A stretch of DNA of 64,000 nucleotides from Botryllus schlosseri (taxonomy: Eukaryota): contig CM119372.1 of the NCBI GenBank assembly GCA_051294905.1, positions 8,310,001 through 8,374,000 on the forward strand, in the 5' to 3' direction. Shown piece by piece: positions 27,201 through 40,100 of this stretch (position 1 is its first letter; each line of letters opens with the position of its first letter). The notes beneath the pieces were generated by a model. It saw nothing but the letters and a program-made list of their open reading frames with translations, was not told the origin of the DNA and ran no database searches. The position numbers and the translations under genes are program-made.

Positions 27201-28776
27201 GAACCTCGGAATTTTGGAGGTTCGCGTTCACAACAGAACCTTGGTAGGTTCTACACTGTGAACCTTTTCATATATTACAATTTTCACTTCATTATAACAT
27301 CTTTCGTTCAAATTTATTGCATTTCAACTGCGGGCCACTCAAATACATTGCGCTGGCAGTATAGAAAATCAACACTTGACGAGCATGCACCTTGACAATC
27401 TCAAAAGTTTTACTTGCTTTGTTACAATAGTTTGCTCGAAATATCCAGCTTACCGTTTGTGAATATTTAGTGACTCTCTGCAGTGAGCTAGACCCGCAAT
27501 CACACAACATCACGAGCAAAATGCGTAGTCAGCGAATGATGCTTATTCAACCAATCAATGAGATTGATATCGTTCTCTGATTTAAAAAAAATCTAGCAGG
27601 CGTACGGGGTCAATCTTAACTTTATATGTTTATTGTATCATAAAAATCAAATCCGTGCGATTGAGGTGTTGGCTACTGCTGTATAACTTGTTATCGGCAG
27701 CAAGTATAGAAACCCGTTTTACAATCAGCTCAATATCAATGTAGCAATACTCAGACGCTGAATACATTGTCCGGTCTGGGCTAGACCGTTAAGGCGTAAG
27801 CTTATATTCCCTGGTAAGTCCTCGTCGAAATTGTCGGCTAAGCGACGGAATATATTGATTTTATTGGATTATTATATGCTTTGATTGCCTCAGTCATGGC
27901 CTACTAGGCCATGTCTCAGTTGATACATTTAACGACGTTTAAAACGCCAATATGTACTTCAGCATTGTGGCATGTGGCCCGAGTCGTCGCTAGGTATCGT
28001 GTACAGTGTATACACTGTGTCACATTAATATAGGCTATCACTTCATTGAAAGATAGGATTGAAATTAGCAATATGACGTCACGTGACGTCATGAGGTTCA
28101 CGTTCGCGTTCACACAGAACCTTTCAAAAAGGTTCGAGTTCACACGAACCTGAACCTTTCAGAGGTTCACACCATCCCTACTATTTACCAAGTTGCAGCA
28201 GTGTTGAAACATGATAAGGGAATTCAGTGCCACATTGAAAATCTATCGGAGAACCATATCATATAAAAAGCATGGTTTTCGACCCCTGGTGTATTTGCTG
28301 CATAAGTGTTCGGCAAAAGGGTTAATTCGACCCTCAACAACTAAGACTTTGTACACCACATATAGAAATAGTATGGCGGAATCGAAATATATTGTTTAAG
28401 AATTGTCCAAACCCCCGCCAATATCTGAGATTCCGAATATGCAACCGCCTACCCAGCTTCACAGGCTAACACCTATGATCCGACGCATTCTTCGAGAAGC
28501 TACGCAAACAACAAGATAGCCCCTCAAAAATCCGAGTAAATTGTAAGACAGCCCATCTTGTAACAATTTACTTCCCCCGACGAAATGATACAAGCGTTAG
28601 ATTATATTCTAAATAGACGAGTAACAACTTAACGAAGAAACTTACAAACACGGGTCTTTCACGACCGTAGTTTCGCAGGTTACGTTTGCGCACTCCGTTT
28701 CGTCACATGGCAAGCAGCTCAAAGCGTGGGCAGACGAAGCGAATGCTACCACCCCAAGAAATATCAACCATTTCAT
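9256..28776 (-). CDS. Secreted mosaic protein, about 381 aa: signal peptide, IGFBP N-terminal domain, two TIL domains, Thr/Pro linker, EGF-like module, two Trp/Cys-rich repeats. Exons 28646-28776, 22657-22820, 12309-12494, 11678-11920, 11477-11615, 10416-10585, 9256-9368
   Basis: Exon translations: MKWLIFLGVVAFASSAHA-LSCLPC...KDPCF / CCDECSKGLGEQCGGPW...GLVC (IGFBP); DICSFPKIFRECASACQDYC...CVCGPGFIRKSLTNRTCVPETEC and CDFPKIFSECATACPATC...CVCPQGFMLRSLTDRRCIRDYEC (TIL). All junctions are GT-AG with matching phases (2,1,1,1,2,1). AATAAA lies on the minus strand at 9079-9084. Joining the IGFBP exons to the TIL exons across the 10-kb intron is inferred from phase match, the lack of a start for the TIL exons, and MITE-filled intervening DNA. 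Confidence 0.8.
9554..10041. mobile_element. hAT-like MITE with GACTC/GAGTC subterminal arrays
   Basis: TIRs cagggttgtaa/ttacaaccctg; perfect TSD gaagctat. Inverted copy at 23994-24578. Confidence 0.9.
14778..16060 (+). mobile_element. tRNA-derived SINE, interrupted by the 15017-16025 MITE
   Basis: Pol III A box tagcgtagtgg and B box ggttcgagtcc, followed by about 200 bp of non-tRNA body. An uninterrupted homolog lies at about 33518-33775. Confidence 0.7.
15017..16025. mobile_element. hAT-like MITE (TAGGGATGGTG ends, GTGAAC arrays)
   Basis: Perfect TSD tgacaaac. Inverted full copy at 27157-28180. Confidence 0.9.
20055..20913. mobile_element. Charlie/Buster-like MITE
   Basis: TIRs caggggtgggc/gcccacccctg; TSD atatataa/atatatac. 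Confidence 0.8.
21242..22549. mobile_element. Charlie/Buster-like MITE with another nested at about 21522-21835
   Basis: Ends caggggggggcaa/ttgcccaggcctg; perfect TSD atctatat. Confidence 0.8.
23392..23503. repeat. Degenerate (GTAATT)n hexamer array
   Basis: gtaattgtaattgtaatt runs, with a repeated ttacatgtttaacagtaattg unit. Confidence 0.8.
23518..25395. mobile_element. Charlie-like MITE carrying nested GACTC-family (23994-24578) and caggaccgtaac-family elements
   Basis: TIRs cagtggttcccaa/ttgggaaccactg; flanks aactatgg/aactatat. Confidence 0.75.
25644..27060. repeat. Dispersed repeat, direct at 25644-25880 and inverted at about 26925-27060; a further copy at 63831-64000
   Basis: aagagcttcttggaggtacagaacttcaatatacaattgaatagtatattcat... 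is nearly identical at 25644 and 63831. Its aattgaatagtatattcat...tgacgtca portion is reverse-complemented at about 26925-27060. Confidence 0.75.
27157..28180. mobile_element. hAT-like MITE (inverted copy of 15017-16025)
   Basis: TIRs tagggatggtg/caccatcccta; perfect TSD ctatttac. Confidence 0.9.
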
Positions 28777-29239
28777 AGCTATCAGTTATTTTATTTACTG
28801 GCCGCAGATAACGACTGTATCTTCCGTAAAAAGGATCATATAGTTGGTTAATAGATAAAGACACTGTCCGGTCGATACGCTTTCTGCGTCAGAATAACCT
28901 GTCACGGCTGCACGCTTCTGAACGAATGAAAGGCGTGTTGTAAGGGATTGGTCTTAACCTCAGATAAAACTCTCGCAATTTACCCACCGCTCAGTAAATA
29001 GTTTTTCGTAAGGGTTACGTCACAGCAGTCGACAGAAGAGTAAAAAGTATCGCGGCGTTGCTAACGGTAAACAAAATATTTCACGAAATAATAGCGATGT
29101 TATGATACCCCGAAATATAGCTAACGTGATCGAGACACGTAAGCAAGGCAAGATCTTTCTAGATACCTTCCGAAATCATCGCTTTGGCAGCGGATCTTTT
29201 GTCTCGACGCAAGTACCGGTGTGTGAGTACAATCTAGTA

Positions 29240-29980
29240 CAGTGGTCGGGAACCTTTTTCGACCGAAGAGCCATATTGGTCTATTATTTTCAATTGTAAC
29301 TCCCAAAGAGCCATACGTGCGAATCAACTGTTACGTCACAATTGAACATCTGTGACGTATTGGTAGCACTTATATATGGGAAACGTAGTGTTTGCCATGT
29401 TTTATCTGCCCACAACAGCAGTACATGCCCACCGTGTGAAACGTCAGTGACGTAGGGTTAGGGGAGGCAAGTGATAGTGAGGCAGCACCTCAGATGTCGT
29501 CAGTGATGAGTGAAGGAATATTGTGAAGCCTTCAATGGTTAGTGGCATCTTCTATCGATGTTTATGAATGACTAGATTCTGAACATTTTAATTCCCAAAA
29601 TCAAGGAATCTTCATATTTATTGTTTGAGAAGCGCGAAAGGAGAGGTAAGACTCAGATGATGCGCGGACGGGCCAAGACTCACCTGTGACAGCGAAACTC
29701 ATCGTAAATTGCTTGGAAATTATAATTACTGATATTAATCAAATATAATTGTCGCCCTGATTCTGAAAATCCAAGCATTAATCGACTCCGAATATATTCG
29801 GCGTAACGTAACGTTACGAACTGACATCTTTACGGCTATGTCAAAAATGGCATGAAAATTTACTAACAAGTTGCTGCAATATTGATAAATTACATAAAAA
29901 ATTGAAAATTTCTTAAAGAACCATATCTTATACCCAAAAGAGCCATATATGGCTCGCGAGCCATAGGTTCCCGACCACTG
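29240..29980. mobile_element. Charlie/Buster-like MITE upstream of the IGFBP-TIL gene
   Basis: TIRs cagtggtcgggaacct/aggttcccgaccactg; perfect TSD atctagta. Confidence 0.9.
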
Positions 29981-31132
29981 ATCTAGTAGTAGTTCAATAG
30001 TCAGGTATTGATATATTTTCAAAACTGGAATGTCAAAATCACGCATTCTTATCAAGCCATATTTACGATGTTCCCGAAGCCGTAATTATGTAAAGAGTAT
30101 AAAGACAAGCCGGACTTATATTTCCAAATCCCTGATTCTTTTTTATCGTCTTCGAATCCATACCGATACCCGCCACTCTCTGAAACTGGTCGGAAGTTAC
30201 GCGAAATTTTAAAATCCATTGGATTTTCGTGCGTATATACTCCATGTCTTAATCTGGTTTTAGAAAAACACTGCTCCGGTTTCTAATCTGCCCCACATTT
30301 GGCCAAAATATTCAAATTTACAGTTTCAAACACACGAGCATTTGCGGAATTGTGAAATAATGATGGAGCGTTTTCTCAAGTGCAATGCGTTTAATATTCG
30401 TTACCATTTCCAGAGATTAAATGACTTTGCAATGACTCGAAAGTATACAATCACGTGGTGGATAACGAATATTGAACTGCATTTTATTATATAGGTAAAA
30501 AATACGACCGTGACAATCTTCTATGTCTGACTGAAAATAAATCAAAACCAGAAAATACCAGTACAAGACACGCTAAAATCTTAGTGGCCATTTTCGGACT
30601 GAGACTTTCAATTCTATTCGGAATGTCAATCAATGTCAACATAAAAACGAGTGACAAAAACCTGACTGGGGATCAAAATCACGCAAGTTCAATACGAGGA
30701 CATGCATCACGCGTAAACAGATAAGTAATATCATAGAACGGCAAAAAATGAATCACTAGTATAAAAGGATAAATAACAAACCAAGGAGTGTTGGAATTCG
30801 TCAAATTCAATGGCTTAATTACATATCAATGTATAGGTAATAAAAACATAAATCGCTAATAAAACAGTCCCCAGAGCGGATTAATTTCTTCATAAACATA
30901 TCCGTGTTGCACAGAAAGGGGTCGGGTTCGCTATCGTCAAGAAGAAACCTGACATTCGATTGCAGTAGGAGCTGGACAATGGCAGATTCCAAGCCCTATA
31001 CATTGCCAATGACTTGAATCAGCGTCGATCTTAGCGACCCCGTAATTCCATTATGTCGATTTCGGCTCTGTTATACCTTTGCAAGAATGTTGATTTAGAC
31101 TTGGATAGCAAAACGTACCGACGACGGAGCAT

Positions 31133-34100
31133 TTATTCACCTATCGTCGCCGAGTCGTTTTCCGTGCCATTGTTGGTATAAGCCACTGATAGGGGATTCG
31201 TGTATCCCAGTTCAGCCGTTGTCACCGTCGTAGGCGACATGAGCTGAGTCGAGTACGTCCCACGCTTTCTGAAATGCATGCACGCGTCGCTGAAAATAAT
31301 CGGTAACGTATATGTTAAATTAGTCGCGAAAAATGTGCGATCGCAAATCTTACTTTTTTCTGATCCACCAAATCGATAAAATCAACACAATCGTGACTAC
31401 CAAGGCGATGATGACGATCAGTGGAATGATGCGGTGGTTTGAATCTACTGCCTCCTGTGAAATGAAATGATGAAGAGATAGGATAGGGTTTTATCGGTAA
31501 AGAAAGATTCGTTTCCCGAGTGCGGTATATATTTTCGGACTCGAACTACAAGTACAGACAAATGATCATTCAGCAACGGGGCTTAACGAAAGGAATCAAT
31601 GTAAATGTACGTAGGTACAATTGTACATGTACAGTCATAGATCGGGCCTATCCGAAAAGAACCAAGAGAATACGATATCTAGCCTATATACTTGATGTAA
31701 TCGTATGAACAAAATGCGAGTTAGTCAGATTCGATTTAATGTCTGTAGCGCTATATATACGTCTCTTCCCTAATGAATTCGTTTCTAAACGGGGGTTTCC
31801 AATAGAAAAGGATATCTGCGATCACGCCGCCTATTGCTACACTCATAATACGCCATGTATATATGATGCCGAAGCTAATCGTGTACTGCACACACTACAC
31901 ACGCATCCATAAAAGACATACGGCGAATAAATCTCGTGTGCTTCTTGCTCATTACGTGTGGTCTACATTTTACAATATATGTACGTACACTTGTTCATGT
32001 TAGCGTGGTAATATTTAACCTTGATAATTTTAATTTTGTCGCAGTCCGGGATTGGTTTATTCCATCTTCCGTCTCTTCCGCACTTCAACGTCATATTATC
32101 CTGCCCGGTTCTGATTCGAAATCCCTCGACGCATGTGACATGAACACGCGCGCCCTCCCAGTATGCGTGTAACGTCGTGATGGCGTTCGGATTTGACAGA
32201 ACCGAGACTGTTCCGTTCCCAAAGTTGGGGGAAGAGCAAGCCCTGTAGTCTGCGTGAGAAAAGGCGCAGTTTCTACGATGTGCAGTCCAGTTTCATCGTA
32301 GTATTGTCACATGTTACGGATGCACGCGATAATACAGAGGTATTATTATGATCCCACATCGGCCACAAAACATAATAGTTTGACGGAATCCAGCGTTAGC
32401 CAAGATCTGTGGTTCTTCTCAACCGCCAGCCCGCCAAGTATATTACAATTTCATATCTCAATTGCGAAATGCAAGCAGTTGGACGCCTGACCATAAATAA
32501 TAGAAATGATACGTGGTATTTTAAATTGAGTTGGTAATTTGGAACGTGCTGTTTATTGTTTTGCATTATGGCCTATATACTTTGGACTATGCGTATACGT
32601 CACAATGCAACAAATAGCATTCCAAACTGTTTAAAGTAGCCTACAAATCTTTTAATACCGGTTATATGAGAAAGGTGAAAAGTATTTTAAATTATTAGTT
32701 ACATTTTGACAGTCAGTCGGATTTTGCGACATTTCGCAATATGATAGAGGCTATCAAATTTGAAGTTATTTCACAAGAAGCCGAACAATCGAAATAGCGG
32801 TTTTCGATAGGACTTCACTTTGTAGAAACTTCAATAGAACCACTTAAAACAGATGTAATATCAAAAAGTCATCTGAAAATTTCTCATTACGCTGGAATTC
32901 CAAAATTTGCGTTCAAGTTGCATGCATTTGTCGTAATCATGTTGGATTCATTTGCATTTTCAAAGATTCAGCGATCCGCGAAATTTGTTTTGAAAGCTAA
33001 AGGGTAAGAACCGCTGGCCTATTTAGATGCATGTGCATCGCACAATTGTACATATGCGCAAGCGCACATTAAATCAAACGACTTAGACTTGTAATTGTCT
33101 TGCAATCGACTCGAGTAATTTCGAATATTTGCGAAACTTGACTAGAGAGGTAACCTGAAAAATGTAGAGACGTGACTTGAGTCAAAATTTGCATGGGCCC
33201 AAATGACCTGCCACTAGGTTGACTCGACTTGATCCCAACTCTGGTGGACAAATCACGAATACCAAACAACAACAATAGCCTTGTTATTTTACCCTTTTGG
33301 CACCGTGGTGCCTCGCTCCACGCCCCGTCCGCTTTGCAAATCAACTGATGCACGCGTTCTTGATCGTCGCACATCACCATTGCCTCACCCCCAGCTCTAG
33401 CATTCATAGACTTAAAAGATATTGTACCGCGTGTAAGGTTTAGGAGAAAATACGCATACAACATTCGGATTTCAGCGAACAATGCATGACAGACATATCA
33501 CAATTGATTACTAGGGCGTGGCGAGATAGCGTATAGTGGTACGTTCCACAGCTGCGACACCAATGGGTTGCGGGTTCGAGTCCGACCGAGACTCCAGGAT
33601 TCCTACCTAATAGGGTTTATCTAGGTTCTAGGCTCCTCCTCGCTACGTGATCCTCGTAAGCCTAGAAGGGGACCGTGCTACAATCGGTAAATACGGAAAC
33701 ATAATAAAGAATATTGGCCCGGTGTAAAATGCCCAATGTAGTCAAAACACCATGAATATCAAACAATAACAATACTAGCATAGTGATGGTGCGAACGTTC
33801 GGTTAAGCTCGTGTTCTGTATTCGAGTCCTGATAATTCAGAAGTTCGCCTTCGCAAACGAACCTTGGATGGTTCTACCCTGCTAACATTTTGTGATTTAC
33901 CGCTATTTTCCAGTAATATTAACATCACCGATCAACATTTCTTGCATTTAAACTGTATCACAGCAAGGGAAGTTCAATACAAAACTAAGAGGGACTTTGG
34001 ATCCGTGACAGATCGCCTGTCTTGGCCATCATCGGCTGCAGTGAATTAAGCGCAATCAGTTGTCGAATTGTCATGGTTATGATGGTATATGTCGTGCGCA

Positions 34101-37100
34101 GTGGCGTACTGAAGGGAAGGTTTGAGTTCGAGCCCGAAGTGCCGAGTCTATCTTCTATATTTGTTAGCTCATTTGCAATTATGCAATTAGTATCACGCTG
34201 CTGCGTTTCGACCGAACAATACGATGGCGCTTCGCGTTTCTGAAAGAGAACAGCAGATGTCACAGTGATTTGCAATACATATGCATTATAATATTTTCGC
34301 TTTGTGTTAAAATCATGTTTAATGCCTTTAAACATTAAACACTTTTAGCACAGTAATAGAAATAAATTTGATGAGTAATGTAACAGACTTTTGTTTTTGT
34401 GACTTGGTGAAAATCGAGGGTTCGCTGGAGGCTTACAAATTAGCGTAAGGGTTCGCCAAGCTTAAGAACCACTGCTCCAAACATGTCGAACATACTTGTA
34501 TCCGTAACGGCGTCATTCTTTGTGACAACGGCGGAGTCGGACAAGTGTCGAGAAGTTGGCAGAAGCGATATCGATGCCCCGGAGTAGTGGTCATGCTGTG
34601 CAATTTTTTGCTCGGGCACGTACAGAAATTCGCGGACTGACTCCAGCAGAAGAAAGTGCAGGGGAACAATTCGCAAAGGTTCGACTCTTGGTGGCGAGAA
34701 ACATACGAAAACATTAGATATGCGAGGAATATATTGGGTGGTAGATACCGCACAGCCATAACCTACAAGAGGTGTCACTGGTCACTGTCGATCTTAGAAT
34801 TCGTAACCAGGATGCAAATTTAGCAGGTGGCAAATGATATTAACCACACGACGCCGTGTACTTTTTATGACGTGAAGAACTAAACAACGAGAAAATATAG
34901 TGGACAGGCAAGAGCAGCTTTACACGGTATGGATATAGGCAGGTGGTTGCCACCACTAAAGTTCCATATACTCGTTCCAAAGACATACGCAAAAAACAAC
35001 CTTTACCCTGCAATTTTAAAGTTACCAGTTTCAGACAATATTTGATGTTTCAACTAGTATGTTTTTCATTTGAAGATTAATGACATCAGGGCGCTTGTAT
35101 CTCGTTACGACAATCAATTGACGCTGTGACTGGCTGAGTGGTAGGGCCTACAGTGAATTTTACCTACCTATAGGAGGCTGAAACCACTTTTGCAACACTC
35201 CCAATTGTGCGGAAACGGGTATCTGTCTCATTGCTAAGCGGGAGAAAACCTCATGATCATTTTCCCGCCGATAATAAACAGTCGACAGTCGGTCGTTAGC
35301 CCTTTGAGCTTTGATTTGAATCGATCCACCACCATCGACGTCGTCCCGCGATAGATCCGATTCAATCCACGACACTCGGTATTCAAACACCGATAATCCG
35401 GTAATTATTTTCGCGCCTTTGTACTGGTAGACTACTTTCCTTTGAAGATATTCTTGCTTGAATATTGACATTGCGGCAGCACGAAACCGGGAATGTCTTA
35501 CCTTTTGTATTCTAAGAGGGGCGACTTTTCGATTTTGTTGTCGCGGTGAGACACCCAGTATAAGGTGTTTTCGACGTAGTCGATAGTGAGTGTTCGGAAA
35601 ATGTCATCGGTTTTCTCGGCAAATACTCGACATTTTTTCCCATCGAGACCGCATATATTTAGCCTGGGAGATAATCCTGCGCTTATCTTACTCGTTTTAC
35701 TCGCTATGTATGAGTTACATACTTCCCCGTTCCATTTACAGACACGGACGAAAACACCAACGTAGACTGTAATGGGTTTAATACCAATCCGTTAATCTTG
35801 TCGCCATGTGACACGATAGCTCTTGAAAATTGCCCGTCCTTTGTCACAATCTCTATGCTCTGAACGAATTAACGTAGCTTGGGTTAAGGCCAGGAGCGGG
35901 CAACATACGGCCCGCGGGCCGGGTCTGGCCAGCGACGGGATTTTGAGCGACCCGTTGACACTTTCCGGTGTTACATGATAATGTGACCCAAGGGTCTGCA
36001 CTACATACATGTGCGAGCAAACATTTTCGACCATGAATATTAAAAAGACAAAGCTGCGTTACAATATAACTGGTGTTCTCATAGGCAGTCTTAACTAAGG
36101 GTTTCTATACGTCCGACACACGGCTATAGTTCAAAGAACTTGTTGAAAACTTTGATCGACCACAGATGTCTCGTTGGAGCTATTGAATATATTATAATAA
36201 TAAATTCATTGAATACTGGTCTTTGTCTCTATGCTTTAAACTTTAAGTTTACATAAAATACGATTTATTTGTTGTATAGGCGGATGAATCCGCAAATAAT
36301 GTATCGATCTAGAAACCCGGCCCGCCAAATACTTCATTTTCCCATATTCGGCTCGCCGACTGGAGAAGATGCTCATCACAGGTTTAGGTCTTAGGGAGTA
36401 TAGGGTACCGCGTGAATTGTGACTTTTCGCGTTAATTGGTGGCGCATTCGGCTCAACCGAAACGGCGGGCATATACGTTCAGCGTAATGGGCAATGTTAT
36501 GCAATAGGCGACGGGTGAGCTATCGCGCTACACGAATTCCTAAGGATCAAGATGTCTTCAAGTAACTCCGCGCCATTGGCTTATCAGTCAAGCGCATGAA
36601 CCAAATGTCTGAAAATGTGGTTCCTCTCGTACTGAGCAGAGTTACTATCGCAAAAACACTTCATCAGTAGGATTCAAAACTTTCACCTTACCCTCATCGA
36701 ATAGGCCAATATATTCAGAGGTGGTCTGCGTTGTTTTTGTTACTGCACTAGAAGTAGAGGAGTAAGTGTGACGCCGCAAATAATACGTCAATTACAAGCA
36801 GAAGTATACCGATTTCCAAGATCAGTAAAAATACGTCAATCGGAAGTAGAAAATGAAAGGTCTGACAAGTACCTAAGTAAGTAGTTAAGTAAGTAGTATC
36901 GCAAGCGTTTTGGAGTTAATCAGAGGTGACTATTTTTGAAATTGCAATATGTATCTTTGTGACAACCGCAAATCGACTAATTATACTACAAAAGGCGACG
37001 GTTTTTATTACAATTATACTCATTAAAGTAACGGAAACTCCAAACTACTTTGTACTCTTAAAATTTCAAATTGTCAAAATTAAATAATTTTGCGTAAAAT

Positions 37101-40100
37101 GTGTTCAAATATAGGAGTGGAAATATTCTAAAAACAAAACCACTAAAGTACGTGGTGCAGGTGTGCAAAACCTATGCTTTATTACCCCAGAACAGTAGAT
37201 TATGTCGGATAATGCGTCATGCCTATATGCAAATCTTCATTGATTCGGGCGACGTTTTGCACATGCCAAATAGCATACACACCTTTTTGTCTGTCACCCA
37301 ATAGATCTTTTTTCCGCCCCAATCCCAGCGCAATGCCAAGATAGTAGGAATGCTGTGAGTCAGTAACGTAGTATTACCGGATTCCGTATTCGTCACGTAC
37401 AAACGATGCTGTCAAGGAGAGAACATATCATGAAAACAATGCAGTGAAGATTGGAGGACCGTTGCAAAGCTTAAAGAATTTACGTACCGACTGATTGTCG
37501 ACCCAATAGAATTGATGGTCTCCTCGCACCGCGAAATATGTCGGTCGAATGATTTTCGGTGTTTTCGTGTTGATAAACGTCAACGGCACTACGTCATAAT
37601 GTTGGATTTGGCGGTATGTAAATACGCGAAAGTCGTTCCGGGTGGCAACGATGTATGCTGGCGGTTTCCCTGCGGATGAGCGCGATAATGTTTTTAGAGT
37701 GCCTGATATTGTGGGTAGATTATGTTAAGAGATTTCTCCTGCTACGTTTCTGTAAGGTTTTCCAAAATCAAAGTGGAAGAGACTTGTTCCGCTCTCCAGC
37801 TTGACGCTGTTATAAATAACTGATCTCAATGTGTGATTGGGAAAATATATAAAAGTGGTCGTCAAACTGGCAAACATCGCTACTCTAGTAAAAGAAGCAG
37901 TAGCGATTCCCATGATGTTTGAAAACTACTTCAAGCGTAAGAAAACTTCGCCTGTAGTTGATCAGATCACTCACGATTCAACAACTGCTGCGCCCGTCCG
38001 CCCAAGCGGATGGATACAAAAGAGGCAGATACAACACTATTGTAACTGTCACAGGGAGCAGTATAGAGCACGGCTGCTACACAAGTAGAAGTATAAATTA
38101 ACAGCTCTAAAAGTAGGTAGTCTCATTAGATTCGGTCAAGGCGTCCTGAAGGTGGCTACTTATTAAATTCAAAGATGCACAAATTGCACAATCACGGCTA
38201 ACGCAAAACACAAGTGACAATGTAAACAGGTTTACTTGGACGAAGTTAATCGAAGCTGTTGTTGTTTAATAAGCAACAACTTCAAAAGTCGTAAAATAGA
38301 AGTTGAAGTTAATCAAAGCCTACTTGACTGCTCAGAAAAACTAGAAGCAGTTTGTTGCTGATTACCTCTGATATATAGGCTATTCGTGTGGGATCAGTAA
38401 ATAATATACATGAGTATAGCTTGCCTTCTGCTTTACATTTGTACTTCTGTTCCAAAACGTATCCTTCGTTACATCCGCAGTCGTAGGAGCCGTCGGTGTT
38501 CACGCACGACTGCTCGCATTGATTGACACCCGATTGACATTCATTGATGTCTTGGAAGCGAAAGTGCACGAGTTACTACTCGAAACTTATCTTGTCCTCA
38601 GAAAATCGTTCTAACCACTGCAAATGCGTTGCACCAATTCGTATCCAGACGGACACAAACATTCCGGTCCTCGTGGTGATTTGTAACATAGGCTTGTGCA
38701 CTGTCGCTTCAACTCTGGACTGCACGCGATCGCGCAATCTCCACCTTCGTCAGATGAGTCGGAGCAATCTTTGGCACCGTCGCATATCTGCGTAAATTAC
38801 TTTGATTTTGTCAACTAAGGCTACAGATTTTAACAGTACTACAGTCGAACGGTTTACTTGCCGATGATATATTTATACATTGGCCGTTGTCACAGATATA
38901 ATGATCGATATGTGGGCAGGAATAAATGGAAGAAGTCGGCGTTGGATGAATGGTGTCGGGAAGTCGATCAGTGGAATTTGGTGGTTCGGCTTCCCCTGTC
39001 GAAAAGGCACATCCAAGGTCGAGTTTTAAATTAGAATTTGTTTAAAACGCACATACGTTGAAACATGCTTTAAAAGATAATCGACATATATGAATACCAT
39101 CTAAATTGCTATACTATAGCTCACTACGTGAGCACTACGCAGAATGATATTAAGGTATAGCCTGTAGTCAGCGTTGCTACTCACGGAAGTAGAAGTTCAA
39201 GTAACGACAATTACTTTATATACAAGTACAAGTAGAAATAACCATTTCCTGGGCATATGTCAAAATTACCTCAAAGGAAAGTAGAGAAATGAAAGGTCTG
39301 AAAGGTACTCATTCTACTCAAGGAAGTAGGTTCAGAAAGTGATTTAGTCGAGGGTTCGAACACTCTTAACGGATCTGAGGTGTCTATATACTTCCGAAAC
39401 CGCGAGATGTATATCTTCGCGACTAACGCAAAATGACTCTTAATGACACTACAAATATATATAATCTTCAAAAACATATTCAGTTACAAAGATTTCACGT
39501 TCAGTATAGTTCCCGATTACCTTAGTATCAGTTAAATCGGTCACCTGTACAGTTCACAAATTCGTCGCTGCCATCGTGGCAATCGTAAAAGTCGTCGCAC
39601 ACCAGCGATGAGGATATGCATTCTGCGGGGTCCTCGCATTTGAATTCTTGCTCGCCGCATTCCAGGTTGCTCTATAACGTCAAAACATGATTTGCACAGT
39701 AAGCATCTCAACTTGGATGGCCATAAGCATATGAACCGTCCCTCAACATATGAGTTTACTAGCAACACAGTAGGGTACAGGATCAAGCGCCTGAGTAGGC
39801 AGTCCAGGGGTCACCAACACGCGGCCCGCGAGGTCATATTTTGCGACCTGCGATCTGATTTGAGATTTTGGAAGAACGCTGAGTAAATTATTTTGAAATG
39901 CTGTATTTGATTTCAGTTTCAAAATATTGTTGTTGTTTAAAAATAAGCAACTCGCCTGTGCTCAACAGCACTATTATGCAACAGCTGAAACGGCTTCGGC
40001 AATAGCAATATCATTCCATCTAGGGAAAATCAGCTGATATGAATTGGCATATTGCCTAGGCATGCAGTACCCCAGACACTACCAAGACCGAGACGCTCAG

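Noticed and set aside
28777..31132. Operon-like or read-through link between the same-strand receptor and IGFBP-TIL genes
   Set aside because: The gap is about 2.3 kb, with a MITE and a candidate poly(A) signal near 30483. Nothing in the sequence supports polycistronic transcription or functional coupling.
33985..34335. 116-aa ORF as a receptor exon, with an RSKR furin-like site in another frame
   Set aside because: Exon 34496-34686 splices in phase to 33410 and gives a complete compact sushi domain without it.
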